Of a stretch of DNA of 64,000 bases, positions 1 to 10,300 are shown piece by piece; positions within the stretch are counted from its first letter, which is position 1; every line of letters starts with the position of its first letter. Source of the DNA: a virus. Lineage: Duplodnaviria; Heunggongvirae; Uroviricota; Caudoviricetes. A model generated the notes under the pieces. That model did not search any database. It saw only the letters and a program-made list of their open reading frames with translations, and was not told the origin of the DNA. Both the position numbers and the translations under genes were made by a program. The DNA lies in IMG/VR virus record IMGVR_UViG_2579778606_000002, positions 27,981 through 91,980 of that record; one strand, 5' to 3'.

Positions 1-141
1 CAATGCCTGATATTCCTCTACAGGGAATGCTGGGCGTTTAACAAACTGTTTTACTTGCTGAGGCTTGTTGTATGTCTGAACCGGAGCGCATCCTGATAAT
101 GCAAATGCACAAACAATAGTCGCTAATATTGCTTTTTTCAT
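1..141 (-). CDS. Lipoprotein, partial (C-terminus lies beyond window start)
   Basis: Minus-strand ATG at 139-141 with purine-rich RBS; N-terminus MKKAILATIVCAFALSGC = signal peptide plus lipobox; frame stays open to position 1. Confidence 0.4.
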   Translation of the reverse strand, partial: MKKAILATIVCAFALSGCAPVQTYNKPQQVKQFVKRPAFPVEEYQAL

Positions 142-334
142 AACTTTCTCTTTTCTCAAATAAATAACGCAAACCAATAATAACCAGTGTTATCATTAAC
201 TTAGCGCAACTTAACTTTTCTGTTAGATAATACATTGAATAAAGTTAAAGATGAATGCCGTTTAATAATGTTTGGTGTAATAGAAATCACATTCTCAACA
301 TAGTTATTGCTCTTTTTTCATTCGGAGCATGATT

Positions 335-820
335 ATGATCAATAATGAACCTCGCTGGCTTATTGAAGCCCGTAAAAATATTGGAGTCACCGAAATAAAA
401 GGAGCGAAACACAATCCTGAGATCGTCCAGTTCTGGCGGGATATTAAGCGCGGTGGAATTAAAGACGATGAAACGCCGTGGTGCGCAGCATTTGTCGGTG
501 CAATGCTGGAACGTGTAGGCATCCGCTCAACAAGATTTGAGTCGGCAAAATCCTATCTGGATTGGGGCGAGAAATTAGATACACCGGCATACGGATGTAT
601 CGTTGTATTTACTCGCGCAGGCGGTGGGCATGTAGGCTTTGTTGTCGGACGCCGCGCCAATGGCGATCTGCTTGTCTTGGGTGGGAACCAGGGGGATGCT
701 GTTAATATTCGCGCATTCCCAACATCAAGAGTGTCTGGCTATCGCTGGCCTGCTGGCGAACCACGCAATACAGCTCTGTTACCTGTCGGCGACGCAGCAA
801 CCTCAACTAATGAGGCATGA
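335..820 (+). CDS. Putative cell-wall peptidase (CHAP/NlpC-P60-like)
   Basis: ORF track 329..820; GGAG RBS favours ATG at 335; conserved Cys (TPWCAAFV) and His (GGGHVGFV) in CHAP-like spacing. Confidence 0.5.
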   Translation: MINNEPRWLIEARKNIGVTEIKGAKHNPEIVQFWRDIKRGGIKDDETPWCAAFVGAMLERVGIRSTRFESAKSYLDWGEKLDTPAYGCIVVFTRAGGGHVGFVVGRRANGDLLVLGGNQGDAVNIRAFPTSRVSGYRWPAGEPRNTALLPVGDAATSTNEA

Positions 821-843
821 AAAAGCCCCGGCCAGGCCGGGGC
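821..843 (-). terminator. Rho-independent terminator-like GC hairpin (gccccgg..ccggggc) with flanking A/T tract
   Basis: 7-bp GC stem seen directly; A-run on plus side gives U-tract on minus strand, 9 nt downstream of the Rha-fragment stop. Confidence 0.5.
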
Positions 844-851
844 ATCACACT

Positions 852-1064
852 TCAAGTTACGATCCAATCATTACCGACTGCATCCGCCGTCGATAAATCG
901 ACTTCCCGGATCTGGCATCCATTAATACAAAACCATCCGGTAGTAGAGCAATTATCAGGCCAGATCCATATACCAACACTCCATGCTTTACGGCAGCACA
1001 CTTCAGCCTGTCCTTCCCTGATTTTTTTTACCGCCTGCATGATGTCCATCACTCGCCTCCCCAA
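852..1064 (-). pseudogene. C-terminal part of Rha-family paralog in a shifted frame (apparent frameshift)
   Basis: Translation aligns with the C-terminus of the intact paralog 53648..54589 (both end ..DWIV[TS]) but is out of frame with ORF 1049..1756. Confidence 0.35.
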
Positions 1065-1756
1065 CCGATCACCTGGAATTGTCCCATCCTTGGGTGATAC
1101 CAGCGTTTTCCTCGGTGTTCAGCCTCCGACATCATCAGGGTAAAGGCATTCATGAAGGGAGATAAGGCCACAATAGTACGACGCGACAATACCCCCTCTG
1201 GCGTCAAAAACTCATGCGTATCTGTGGGAATCCGGTAAGCGTTGACCAGGTTACGGCATTTGGCTTCAGTCAGGCCACATTTCGCCGCTAACTGGCGATA
1301 GCCAATGTAACCTTCTGGCATGTTGCCCTTCTTGATCTGCTCGACGGTTTCAGCAACCTGGCTAACCTTTGACTCAACAACATGAAGCCGCTTTTGCTGC
1401 TGAACTGCATTTGCAGCCATTGCAGCGATCATCTCTATTTCGGTCAACGGCTGGCGTACTTGTTCTTCCAGTTCGCGCCAGCGGTCCACCAGCCGGGCGG
1501 TGAATTCGGGAGAGAGCTGCGCAACGACGATAATGCTATCGCGCTTGCCTTGCTCGCCTTCGAAGACGTAAGCCTCAACACTACGTCGTAGTCCTAAGTT
1601 ATTGATTTTTTCGAAAACCTCAATTTGAGGACGAACAATAACGCCACCTTTGTCTAATGTCTCAATAGTGCGTTTCACATTGTCATGACGTTTTCCCACC
1701 AGCTCCGCGATCTCAATGCTGGTCATTGATGGCTTTTCGAGAATGCAGATATCCAT
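1049..1756 (-). CDS. Rha-family phage regulatory protein (antirepressor-like), truncated relative to paralog
   Basis: N-terminus MTSIEIAELVGKRHDNVKRTIE and block FEGEQGKRDSIIVVAQLSPEFTARLVDRWRELE typical of Phage_pRha; paralog at 53648..54589. Confidence 0.65.
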   Translation of the reverse strand: MDICILEKPSMTSIEIAELVGKRHDNVKRTIETLDKGGVIVRPQIEVFEKINNLGLRRSVEAYVFEGEQGKRDSIIVVAQLSPEFTARLVDRWRELEEQVRQPLTEIEMIAAMAANAVQQQKRLHVVESKVSQVAETVEQIKKGNMPEGYIGYRQLAAKCGLTEAKCRNLVNAYRIPTDTHEFLTPEGVLSRRTIVALSPFMNAFTLMMSEAEHRGKRWYHPRMGQFQVIGWGGE

Positions 1757-1980
1757 CAGTGAGACTCCGCAATGCCGGGATTGGTAATATTGCGATACCA
1801 GGGATTGGTGTTTGGTTGTGGGGAAGTAGAGAAACGACCAGTGAGAACGCCATACTGATCAGGGATCAGAGAACGGGCTTCTTTTTCAGTTGCGGCAATT
1901 GCGAAGTGATCGCAGTGTTTTTGCAGGGAGTGAAAACGCCAGATGAATTCTGGACGTGAGCAAGGATTGGCATTAACCAT
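1756..1980 (-). CDS. icd: Icd-like small protein (host cell division inhibitor-like) preceding Rha gene
   Basis: 74-aa ORF, stop/start overlap with downstream Rha gene; motif EFIWRF..EKEARS shared with paralog 54589..54804; arrangement as P1 immI. Confidence 0.45.
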   Translation of the reverse strand: MVNANPCSRPEFIWRFHSLQKHCDHFAIAATEKEARSLIPDQYGVLTGRFSTSPQPNTNPWYRNITNPGIAESH

Positions 1981-2014
1981 AGTTACGGCCTCACTAACAG
2001 GTTTAACAACCTGC

Positions 2015-2200
2015 TACCCGCTGCTAAACAGGTGGCAGGACGTGACGGGGTTAGCAGACTGGCGTTAGTGAAACCAGCAGGCCGAAGCCTCCCCATCACG
2101 CCCCACCATAATTTGGGCGTAACGCGGTTTTACGGACACAAAAATACCGCAATATCGGATATCTGCGGTTGTCCGCACTAACATTCAGGCTGCTAAACCC
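2015..2200 (-). ncRNA. Candidate c4-like antisense RNA / translational control region of icd-rha copy 1
   Basis: Direct boxes CTGCTAAAC near 2021 and 2190 with inverted copy GTTAGCAG near 2050, about 45 nt upstream of icd start; analogy to P1 c4. Confidence 0.25.
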
Positions 2201-2308
2201 GGTCGCAGAATTTGCTACGACGGCATGAATATAAGCCTGAACATTAGAAAGATCAACAGAATTTTTATCAGATGCTGTTTTTTAGTGACGATATAAATCA
2301 TACATTCT

Positions 2309-2340
2309 TGATTAGAAACATCAATTTAATTTTCTAACAT
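2309..2340. promoter_or_regulatory. 32-bp operator-like palindrome (TGATTAGAAA..TTTCTAACAT)
   Basis: Member of a recurring inverted-repeat family seen at about six loci; lies upstream of icd-rha copy 1. Confidence 0.5.
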
Positions 2341-2396
2341 ACATTTTCGAGCGATGAAATTCCCGCCGCACGGTTATTGTACAGTCAATCGCAACA

Positions 2397-3359
2397 TCAT
2401 CCCCGAAAGCCCTCCGGAATTGACCAGTCTTCCCGGTCAAATTCAGACCGATAGCCACGCTGTTTCATCAGGTCAAAGGCTTCACCAATGGTTGCACACC
2501 CCTGGGAGCCAGAATAATCCATTGAGAAATCCAGGGCACTGGATTGTTTAGGCTTATTCACTGCTGTAGCGGCACTACGTATCCATGCAAATTTTTTTGC
2601 CAGCTTTTCAGCGGTACGATACAGAGCCTGCCGTTTTGCGTGCCCCTCATCTGAACGACGCTTTGCAGCTCTCGCTTTTGCCGCCGCCAGGCAGTGGTTG
2701 GTATGTTCTTCCCTGATTACTGGTTTTTTATCCAGACCCCCATTATCCGCTTGAGAACTATCTGCTGGTGAAGCCTTTGGCTGAACCGCGCATGATCTTT
2801 CTCTTCTTTTGGCTATAGAGTGACTCTTATTTTCTATTGGCTGTTCATTTTGAACATGGGGGGACTTGTTCAATTTGAACAGGGGGTTCCCAGTTTCAAA
2901 AAAATAACGAACCTTTGAAATCAACTGCTTAACCAGTTTTGTGGCGTTGGCAAATTTGATGCCCTGCTTACTCCCTATCTCCATTGCTACATGAATGAAG
3001 TGGAGAAATTGTGTTGTAAACCGGTACACGTTACACACCTGAGCATTGTTATTCGCTACCTGATGCTGCTTAACAAGCATTCCGCACTTCGTCGCTTCGG
3101 CAAATGCCCGGCGCACAGTAGAAATACTGCGTCCTGTAATCTCGGACATATCCGCATATGAGCGACGGATCATGTATTCATCGGTAGCTCCTGCCAGGTT
3201 GGCGAACTCGGCAATAATGGCGCTATGTGAAGGGGAAAGAAAACCGCTATGACGAGCAAAAAAACTCAACTGATGACCTTTGATTTTTTTGTGGTATTCA
3301 GTGTTGTTTTTATACTCAGAAGTGTTGAAAGTAACTGAAACTGAATTTAAAATACTCAC
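2397..3359 (-). CDS. Hypothetical protein with predicted HTH (ITGRSISTVRRAFAEATKCGML); possible replication or regulatory protein
   Basis: 320-aa ORF (GTG start in track) flanked by operator-like palindromes; no confident family assignment. Confidence 0.5.
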   Translation of the reverse strand: MSILNSVSVTFNTSEYKNNTEYHKKIKGHQLSFFARHSGFLSPSHSAIIAEFANLAGATDEYMIRRSYADMSEITGRSISTVRRAFAEATKCGMLVKQHQVANNNAQVCNVYRFTTQFLHFIHVAMEIGSKQGIKFANATKLVKQLISKVRYFFETGNPLFKLNKSPHVQNEQPIENKSHSIAKRRERSCAVQPKASPADSSQADNGGLDKKPVIREEHTNHCLAAAKARAAKRRSDEGHAKRQALYRTAEKLAKKFAWIRSAATAVNKPKQSSALDFSMDYSGSQGCATIGEAFDLMKQRGYRSEFDREDWSIPEGFRG

Positions 3360-3420
3360 CAGATAGTTCCGTGAAAAATCTATCTACCGTATAAATCTAT
3401 GCCAGTGGATTTATACACCC

Positions 3421-3453
3421 AAAAGCCGCTACTCAGCGGCTTTTGCTTTTTTT
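3421..3453. terminator. Bidirectional rho-independent terminator (aaaa-GCCGCT..AGCGGC-ttttgcttttttt)
   Basis: Stem 3424-3441 with A-tract upstream and long T-tract downstream, seen directly. Confidence 0.6.
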
Positions 3454-3530
3454 GGCAGTCGCTACCGGAGCAGTGACCGCGATCCTACTCGATCACGTGC
3501 CGTCGGATCAACAGTGTATAAAAACACACT

Positions 3531-3562
3531 GTGTTAGAAAATTAAGCTAGCTTTTAGCTCAC
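3531..3562. promoter_or_regulatory. Operator-like half-site GTGTTAGAAAA plus degenerate second arm
   Basis: Same half-site as the 32-bp palindromes; overlaps 3' end of 3559..4557 and lies upstream of 2397..3359. Confidence 0.35.
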
Positions 3563-4557
3563 ATCCTCTTAGACACAAAGATCAGCGGAGTCACCGTCTT
3601 GTTCTCTTTCACCGGTATTTCTTGTTGTTTATTGGCTGATATTGGCAGACCATAAGTGGCATTAGCCCCCAGGGATTCAAGCATCGCTGCGACAATGCGT
3701 GCATCATCCTCTGACTGCATACGGCAGAGCGCCCGGCGCTGTTCTGCGCTGATAAAAACAGGCATTTCCTGGATAGCATCACGCAAAATACGGCGGCATT
3801 TCTTCGCGTTCTCCCCCTGGCTTTCCATCATCGCGGCCTGGTCGCGTAGTTTGTCGCGAAGCTGCATATTTTCCACTTCAAGATGTATCAGTTCCGACTC
3901 CAGAACTTCACGTTGTGCTGATTCGAATATGGCTTGCTGACTCTTCATTGCTGAAAAGTGGTGAACCAGATCCGTAGCAGCATTATCGGTAAAACCTTGT
4001 TCGATAAGTGCCGCATGAATCGCCGCGTCGCGTTCTTCTGCTGATTCAAGCATCAGGCTTTTCTTGTCGAGGCTGATATAGTTAGGCACAGTTACGTAAT
4101 CAAAACCGTGAAAAGACTTTACCAGGGATACAGAGTAATCTGGACCAGATGTAGCCCATGACCAACCACCTGCGCCAGAATTAATCATACCCTGAACAAT
4201 ACGTCCGGTGTCCGTATCCAGTATTTCCTGTGTATGGGTAACAATGCCGTTGTCGTCAATTGAAATGTCGATAGTCCTGTTTGACGGCACGTTCTCCAAT
4301 ACAACAGGCTTCCCATCTACCATCACAACAGAGACTTCCGGCAAGTCCAGGCTTTTCGTTTTGTTATAGTGCATCGCCCGGCGACCATGACCGTAATAAC
4401 CATACATCTCACCCAGTGCGATACGCTCTTTTGTTTCTGGCGAGTTGAATGTGTCTCGTACCGACTGGATAACGTAATTGCGATTGTTCTGAGGTGTGTG
4501 TTTGCGGATTTTCTCTACCAGGGAGAAGCGATCCGTAACGGTATTCAGTGATTGCAT
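3559..4557 (-). CDS. Putative head processing/scaffold protein (position of P1 pro)
   Basis: 332-aa ORF directly downstream of portal-like gene; coiled-coil-rich C-terminal half; function by position only. Confidence 0.3.
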   Translation of the reverse strand: MQSLNTVTDRFSLVEKIRKHTPQNNRNYVIQSVRDTFNSPETKERIALGEMYGYYGHGRRAMHYNKTKSLDLPEVSVVMVDGKPVVLENVPSNRTIDISIDDNGIVTHTQEILDTDTGRIVQGMINSGAGGWSWATSGPDYSVSLVKSFHGFDYVTVPNYISLDKKSLMLESAEERDAAIHAALIEQGFTDNAATDLVHHFSAMKSQQAIFESAQREVLESELIHLEVENMQLRDKLRDQAAMMESQGENAKKCRRILRDAIQEMPVFISAEQRRALCRMQSEDDARIVAAMLESLGANATYGLPISANKQQEIPVKENKTVTPLIFVSKRM

Positions 4558-4570
4558 TATTTCCCTCCGG

Positions 4571-6256
4571 TTAATTATTGCTCATCACAAATTTTGCAAA
4601 GTTGATTAATTGTTCTTGCGTCCAGTTTTCCGGATCGTCACCGGACGACAACGGCGCGGATTCGTACATACCATGCTCGTTGTTTTGCTCTGATTCATTC
4701 GCTTTAAACTCTTTGATCATTACGTTGAGAGTGTCATCGTCGATACAAAGCTGTTCGGTGAACAGATAACGCATAAACGCGTCGCTACCCGCCAGTTTCG
4801 GGTTGTTCTGGATCTGGTCCATTATTTGCGAGATGACAGCTACGAAGTTGGCGCGCGCATCCAGCTCTCGGTTTTCCTCTTCCTGGATAGCTGTGTTCAT
4901 TGAGTTGAATTGCACGTCATAAGGACGGTTTTTTTCGGTGTAAACCTTCCCGTATTTATAAGCGAGGTGAATGTCATGAAGCCGATAAATAGTCCGCTGG
5001 GCGGCCTGTCTGATCCAGTTCGCGCGTAAGGCGGCCTGGATAGCTGTTTGCTGCCAACCGCCTTCTCCAAGTCCACCACTCATCTGATCAGCCCAGCCAA
5101 GCATTGTTGCGTCAATACCGAGGCTTGCCGCGAGCTGTCGGAGATGAAACATAACGTCTTCGATACCACTGATATCTGCGGGTATAGATTGCGTATCAAT
5201 GGTGATCCCGTTCTTCCCATCCCCCATGACGGGTATCAGATGGTTAAGTACAGATGGGAGAGCATTAGAATTAATCGACCGTTGCGCTACGAGGTCGCTA
5301 TGACGCTTCAGTGCCTGGCTGACCCCGCGCGTATAATTCGCCGCATTTACCGGATCTATCGTGTTCGTTGTGAGTGCAATCAGGCGATCAATTTTTGCAG
5401 CGTTGTTTCGCGTTGCTTTCAGCGCAGCAAGCGCGGCACATAAATTCAGGTAGGGTTCATAACTGTATTCAAGAAATGACGTACCGTAGTTCTGCGTCTC
5501 CATTAACGGCTTGTCCTGCTGTTCACTAAGCAAGGAATAGCCTTTAGTGCCGTAAGTTACTGGCATTACATTATGCTGAGGCGTCCAGTACGGGTTTTTC
5601 ATGGAAACCAGATTCCATGGTTCGGTTATAACTCTGCGCAAAGTATGCGTATCCAGAATGTAATCACCGCTGAATCCGACAAGTTGGCTACCGCGATAAA
5701 ACTCCTGAACGAAATGAGGGAGCGTGTAATAGCTCGACTCAATTCCAGTTATCCCCTTCCCTTGCTCTGCATATGGACGGATATACGACACACCGAAAAT
5801 AGCCATGATCATGGCCCACGATGGCAGGCCATCATTAATCATTGAGCTTAAATCAGCGGTCAATTCCTCACATCGACTTACAGCCTCCTTATCTGCCCCA
5901 TTTTTCGGAGCGAGAATAAATGCGAGGCCTGTTTTTTTTGATGGAGCCAGAGAATGCGCAATGTGAATGTTTAATGCTGTGGAGACAGTCGGACTTTTCG
6001 CCATCGTCTCCAGTATGTTGTATTTTTGCAGGCGGTCGCCGGGCAGTTCTGCCGAAATTGATACTGTATCTGCCGCGCTTGTCATGCCATCGCTATTGCC
6101 ACCCAGGATACCCGGACGTAAAGCAGACAGACCAGAACGCGCAACGACACTATGACCGCTTGTAAAAACGACCGGATCAGCAGGCGTGACATCGCCACTG
6201 TTGAAGGCTTTCTTCAATGCCGACAGAAAGCCTTTGTTTTTGTCTTTCGTTGCCAT
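4571..6256 (-). CDS. Putative portal protein (position of P1 prt)
   Basis: 561-aa ORF of portal-typical size upstream of head-processing candidate; no motif-level confirmation possible. Confidence 0.35.
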   Translation of the reverse strand: MATKDKNKGFLSALKKAFNSGDVTPADPVVFTSGHSVVARSGLSALRPGILGGNSDGMTSAADTVSISAELPGDRLQKYNILETMAKSPTVSTALNIHIAHSLAPSKKTGLAFILAPKNGADKEAVSRCEELTADLSSMINDGLPSWAMIMAIFGVSYIRPYAEQGKGITGIESSYYTLPHFVQEFYRGSQLVGFSGDYILDTHTLRRVITEPWNLVSMKNPYWTPQHNVMPVTYGTKGYSLLSEQQDKPLMETQNYGTSFLEYSYEPYLNLCAALAALKATRNNAAKIDRLIALTTNTIDPVNAANYTRGVSQALKRHSDLVAQRSINSNALPSVLNHLIPVMGDGKNGITIDTQSIPADISGIEDVMFHLRQLAASLGIDATMLGWADQMSGGLGEGGWQQTAIQAALRANWIRQAAQRTIYRLHDIHLAYKYGKVYTEKNRPYDVQFNSMNTAIQEEENRELDARANFVAVISQIMDQIQNNPKLAGSDAFMRYLFTEQLCIDDDTLNVMIKEFKANESEQNNEHGMYESAPLSSGDDPENWTQEQLINFAKFVMSNN

Positions 6257-6439
6257 GAGTCACCGCGAAATGTTTTCAGTTTGCGGCAGCATAGTCAGTA
6301 TGTGATTTTTGATGATGGATCTTTTCAACTAGAAATATTGGCTGGCCCCTCTCGTAACAAAGTGAAGAATAAAACTTGAATATGCACATTGTGCGTATTA
6401 AGATTAAAAAAGTTGACCACTTTGCTGCGGAGAAATTCC

Positions 6440-6742
6440 ATGAAAAGCTCTTTAATTAACTCCAAATTACACCAACTTGCTATCAAAAATCGAGTTCCTG
6501 CATGGTCGGTTTACATGCATATCAGCCACGCATGTCTGAGCAATGAAAACATTTACAATCTGCAAATTCTAAGCCGGGAAGGCAGGACTTTGTTTAGCGT
6601 TGCAGAGGATTCCTATAAGGCCTGGGATATGCTGGATGACGCGTTAAGCCAATACGCGCAAACAGAAGAATGCCAAAAAGAATGGGCCAGGTACTGTGAT
6701 GAAGGGATGCCATGCTGCGGTCTGTTCGGCGCAGCTCTGTGA
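6440..6742 (+). CDS. Hypothetical 100-aa protein, candidate toxin partner of downstream HTH protein
   Basis: ATG at 6440 with GGAG RBS; opposite strand to flanking operons; no recognisable family. Confidence 0.45.
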   Translation: MKSSLINSKLHQLAIKNRVPAWSVYMHISHACLSNENIYNLQILSREGRTLFSVAEDSYKAWDMLDDALSQYAQTEECQKEWARYCDEGMPCCGLFGAAL

Positions 6743-6754
6743 ATCGATTCAACG

Positions 6755-7018
6755 ATGATATACTTCGTTGCGAATCACAGCATTGGCAAAGGGCATATTG
6801 TGAAACAACTCCCACCAAACACCCCGGAAACCATAATTGAAATCCGCCAGCGAATGGGGCTAACGCAAACGGAGTTAGCCCACAAAATGGGGTATCAACT
6901 CCGGGCTTGGCAATTCAAAGAAGATAGAAATAAACCGAGACGCCTTATGGCTGGTGAATTTGAGTACCTGTTATTGCTTGCTGGAGAGCATCCTGAATTT
7001 ATTCTTACACCACGCTAA
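6755..7018 (+). CDS. XRE/COG2944-like HTH DNA-binding protein (HigA/MqsA-type antitoxin-like)
   Basis: Motif ETIIEIRQRMGLTQTELAHKMGYQLRAWQ..KP matches short HTH antitoxins/regulators; 12 nt after upstream ORF. Confidence 0.55.
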   Translation: MIYFVANHSIGKGHIVKQLPPNTPETIIEIRQRMGLTQTELAHKMGYQLRAWQFKEDRNKPRRLMAGEFEYLLLLAGEHPEFILTPR

Positions 7019-7039
7019 AAAAACCCGCCTGACGGCGGG
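7016..7039 (-). terminator. Rho-independent terminator (CCCGCC-tgac-GGCGGG with A7 on plus = U7 on minus)
   Basis: Hairpin and homopolymer tract seen directly between the convergent genes ending at 7018 (+) and 7053 (-). Confidence 0.6.
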
Positions 7040-7052
7040 ATTATCAATCATA

Positions 7053-7346
7053 TCAATTCACATCAATGTCTTGATATGATTCGCCAGTATCGTCTTCGTC
7101 GTCAGGATCTCCTTCCACCTCTGGCCACTCAACCTCCCAGCCAACAGTTTCCAGGCTCCGCAGAACAAACACCCCATCGGCATGAATGGTATTCACGATC
7201 CCCATTGCGGAATTTGTGTTGATAAAGCGTAAATCTTGCGCAATATTTTCTTCCGAAATATCGCCTTCAAATATACGCAATGTGCCGTCATCAGAGCATT
7301 CAACAATCCCTCTAATCCCAGCGGGACTCACAATGCTATACTTCAT
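7053..7346 (-). CDS. Small acidic hypothetical protein (C-terminal DPDDEDDTGESYQDIDVN)
   Basis: 97-aa ORF overlapping the end of the 1013-aa gene; last gene before terminator. Confidence 0.5.
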   Translation of the reverse strand: MKYSIVSPAGIRGIVECSDDGTLRIFEGDISEENIAQDLRFINTNSAMGIVNTIHADGVFVLRSLETVGWEVEWPEVEGDPDDEDDTGESYQDIDVN

Positions 7347-10300
7347 TTTGCAACTCCTTCATACATCCCAAGAAAAATTCCAGCACGCCGTCATTGTTTA
7401 ATACAGAGTTAGTCGCCTGCTCAGGATCGGCATACATCTGCAAGGCCATAGAAAAAATCTCAGTCGCCCTGCAATTGCTTAATGCAGGTGGCTTTGATAT
7501 AAATCTGCCGCTGACAGAACTTACCGTATTTTCCATATAAATTTTAGACATATATCCATGACTTAGGTCGGTTCGCACCAAATACTCAGCACTGCCACGG
7601 CTACCAATATTATGATAAAAAACTTTACCGTTAGTTTTTGATTTAATGAAGGCTTTGGCCCTCTCCAATAGATGGGGATTTGAATGTTCTATATGGTGAC
7701 CTATTTCATGCCATAATACACGCTCGTGATCACTATTAGCATCAATTGTTATATTCCCATTTCGACTTGCAAAAGCACGAACATTGTTCTTGTGGTTAAT
7801 ATTTTTTAATGTAGATAAAGTCCCTCCTGAAATAATATAGGCTTTTTCAATTGTCTCGCGAATACTGTATGCTTTACGGGAGAAAGTTTCATTATCGTGA
7901 CCACTTAACTGCTCTGCTTCATCAGAAATAGCAATCCCACGACTCCATTCCTTAGACTGGTCATGTGACACATTTGACGATTCAAGAATCATGTCAAATG
8001 CGGCTCTGACTTTTTTATGTACTACATTTTCAAGCGCATTAGGATAGGCTTTTTGTCCACGTGTTAATGAAGCTATTTCATATAATTCTGCTTGCAAGTC
8101 TTCCGGTATGTCCAGATTAAAAACAAGCATTTTTTTCAGTTCATATCCAATCCCATGATCATTCTGGTGCAAAACCTCAGCAAGGTAGTCAGTGAGTTTT
8201 TCCTTATTTGACCTAACTTTATTGATTTGTTCTATAGTAAAGTCAACGCGCTCCTTGATTCCGTAATATGAGGAATGCTCTGCTAATTCCACTATCTCCT
8301 TAAGCCTGACAAGTGTCTCAATATACGCATCAGCGATCTCCTCTGCCGTTAGTTCGGAGCTAACTCCGACGCTGGCTGTTATTTCCCTACCAGCCGCCAT
8401 AATATCGTTGATATTATGCAAGCTCTTTTTGAATAACTTCAAAGTATTTTGGATTATGCGCACCATCTCTTCTGCGCTTCCAGCTTTATTCATTTCCTTT
8501 CTAAATCTTAAAGCTGTTTTCTCTGCAATAGACGCTGGAGATTTTAAATAGTTACCTAACCAAACAAGACAACCATTGCGCAATTCATCAATGCTAAAGT
8601 CATCAGGAATATGTTTTGCTGCATTATGTAAAACACGTATAAATTGTTCAGCGGGCACGCCTTCTTCTGACATATTGCAAAACGTTTCAATGTCACAATC
8701 AATATTTCTTTCATCTGCGAGTGAAGGAGCTTCATCTCCTTTTTCAATCGCGTCACGCAGTGCGTTAGCATAAAAATTGCTGCGTTGATAAGACAATAAC
8801 ATCGTTGTTAACACAGCGTTGCTGTATCCATAACGTTTAGCCCACGCCTTAATCTCATTAACGGTGACATTGCGAATATAAAAACCAAGTTCCAAAAATA
8901 CATTGCGCTTTATTTTTTTTGCGGACTCCTTAATTTTTTCTGACGCCTTCACGATTCGGATCAAGTCCTCCACGCTGGTCGCATCAGCAATTAGCTTTGA
9001 AATGTATGGTTCGACATCTCCCGAAACCGATTCGAACATGGCGAAATTAAGCCCTTTACCTTCGCCATACTCAGCCTCAATTTCATCAGAAACGGCAGAT
9101 AAAATGCTACGCAGATCGACATCTCCGCCGCCGAACATATCGCCTAACGCTTGTTGCTGGTGAATAAGTTCATCGTTAATTTTTTGCGCCAGTTTCTTGA
9201 AAGCTGCCCCCATTCGCTTAGCGCTTCGGTTGTTGGCAACAATAAACAGAGCAAGCGCTTCTGCTTCCGGAGTGCTATCTCCAAACAATCCACGCTGTGC
9301 GATCACCTCTTCTACTGCCTGACCGTTATCTTTTGCTTCACGAACAAGGTTAATTGCTTCCTGTAGCGCGGCAATAGCCTGTTTATCCAGACCATTCAAT
9401 TGCTCTATACCGTCTACCAGTCCGGTTACCGTGTCATGGTGAACATCACCTGAAAGCGACTGCATTTGCGCAAAATCGCTGGCTGCCGTATTTAATGCGG
9501 TAAGGATGTTACGCATTTCCGGATCTGGCTCTTCCGCCACCAACCGAACAAGCCTTTCATCCTTGTACGCTTTGGCAAAAATTGCATTCTGGATGCGGTC
9601 GATAAGTTGTTTCGTTGGACGCCCATCGGCTGTAAGCAAACCTGCCGTCGCCGTATCACCTATTTCGCGCAAAAACGCACGAATAAACGCATCATTGGAC
9701 CGCGCCAGTAGATTCCCATCATCTGAAGGATTAAATAGCGCCATGACGCTCTCAGTGAGAAATTGCGCATCCGCATACGCTTTTTCACTTGCAGCCATCT
9801 CTTGCAGATCGCTGATGTTTGAATCGCGGGCGAACTGCGCACGATCAACATCAGTGAGTCTTTCGCGCACCAATACGGGCATAGACATTTGTGAAATGTC
9901 GTCAGGATTCAGACCAAACTCTTTTGCATGATCGATCAGGTACTGGCGATATTCATCCGCCTGCCCTTGCTCATAGGCACGCCAGATACCCATGCTCCTT
10001 CCGTTGCCGGATTCAACAACGTTGTCCGGACCAACTATCGGCGCTCCGTGGCTGCTCATGCCGGAATCCGTTAATTGTGCCGGGCGTAAATTGGAGGCAA
10101 TACGGTTAACCTGGAGTTTGCTGGATAGCCGTGTACGGTCACGTGGCTGGAGTTCTTCCGGGAAGGCCGGATTAATCGTACCGTCAAGGTTGTTCGAAAT
10201 GATCAGACTGCTGGCATCAACGACCTTAAAAGCCGTCTTTACCTCTGCCCCTTTACTGGTGACTACGTAACTACTGCGCCCCTGGCGTGTTTCTCGCCTC

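Noticed and set aside
38-235. Track ORF of 65 aa on the minus strand
   Set aside because: No RBS and a low-complexity product; the same DNA in another frame encodes a convincing lipoprotein N-terminus (1..141).
2354-2551. Track ORF of 65 aa on the plus strand
   Set aside because: Lies antisense inside the 3' part of gene 2397..3359 with a Pro/Gly-rich product; most likely spurious.
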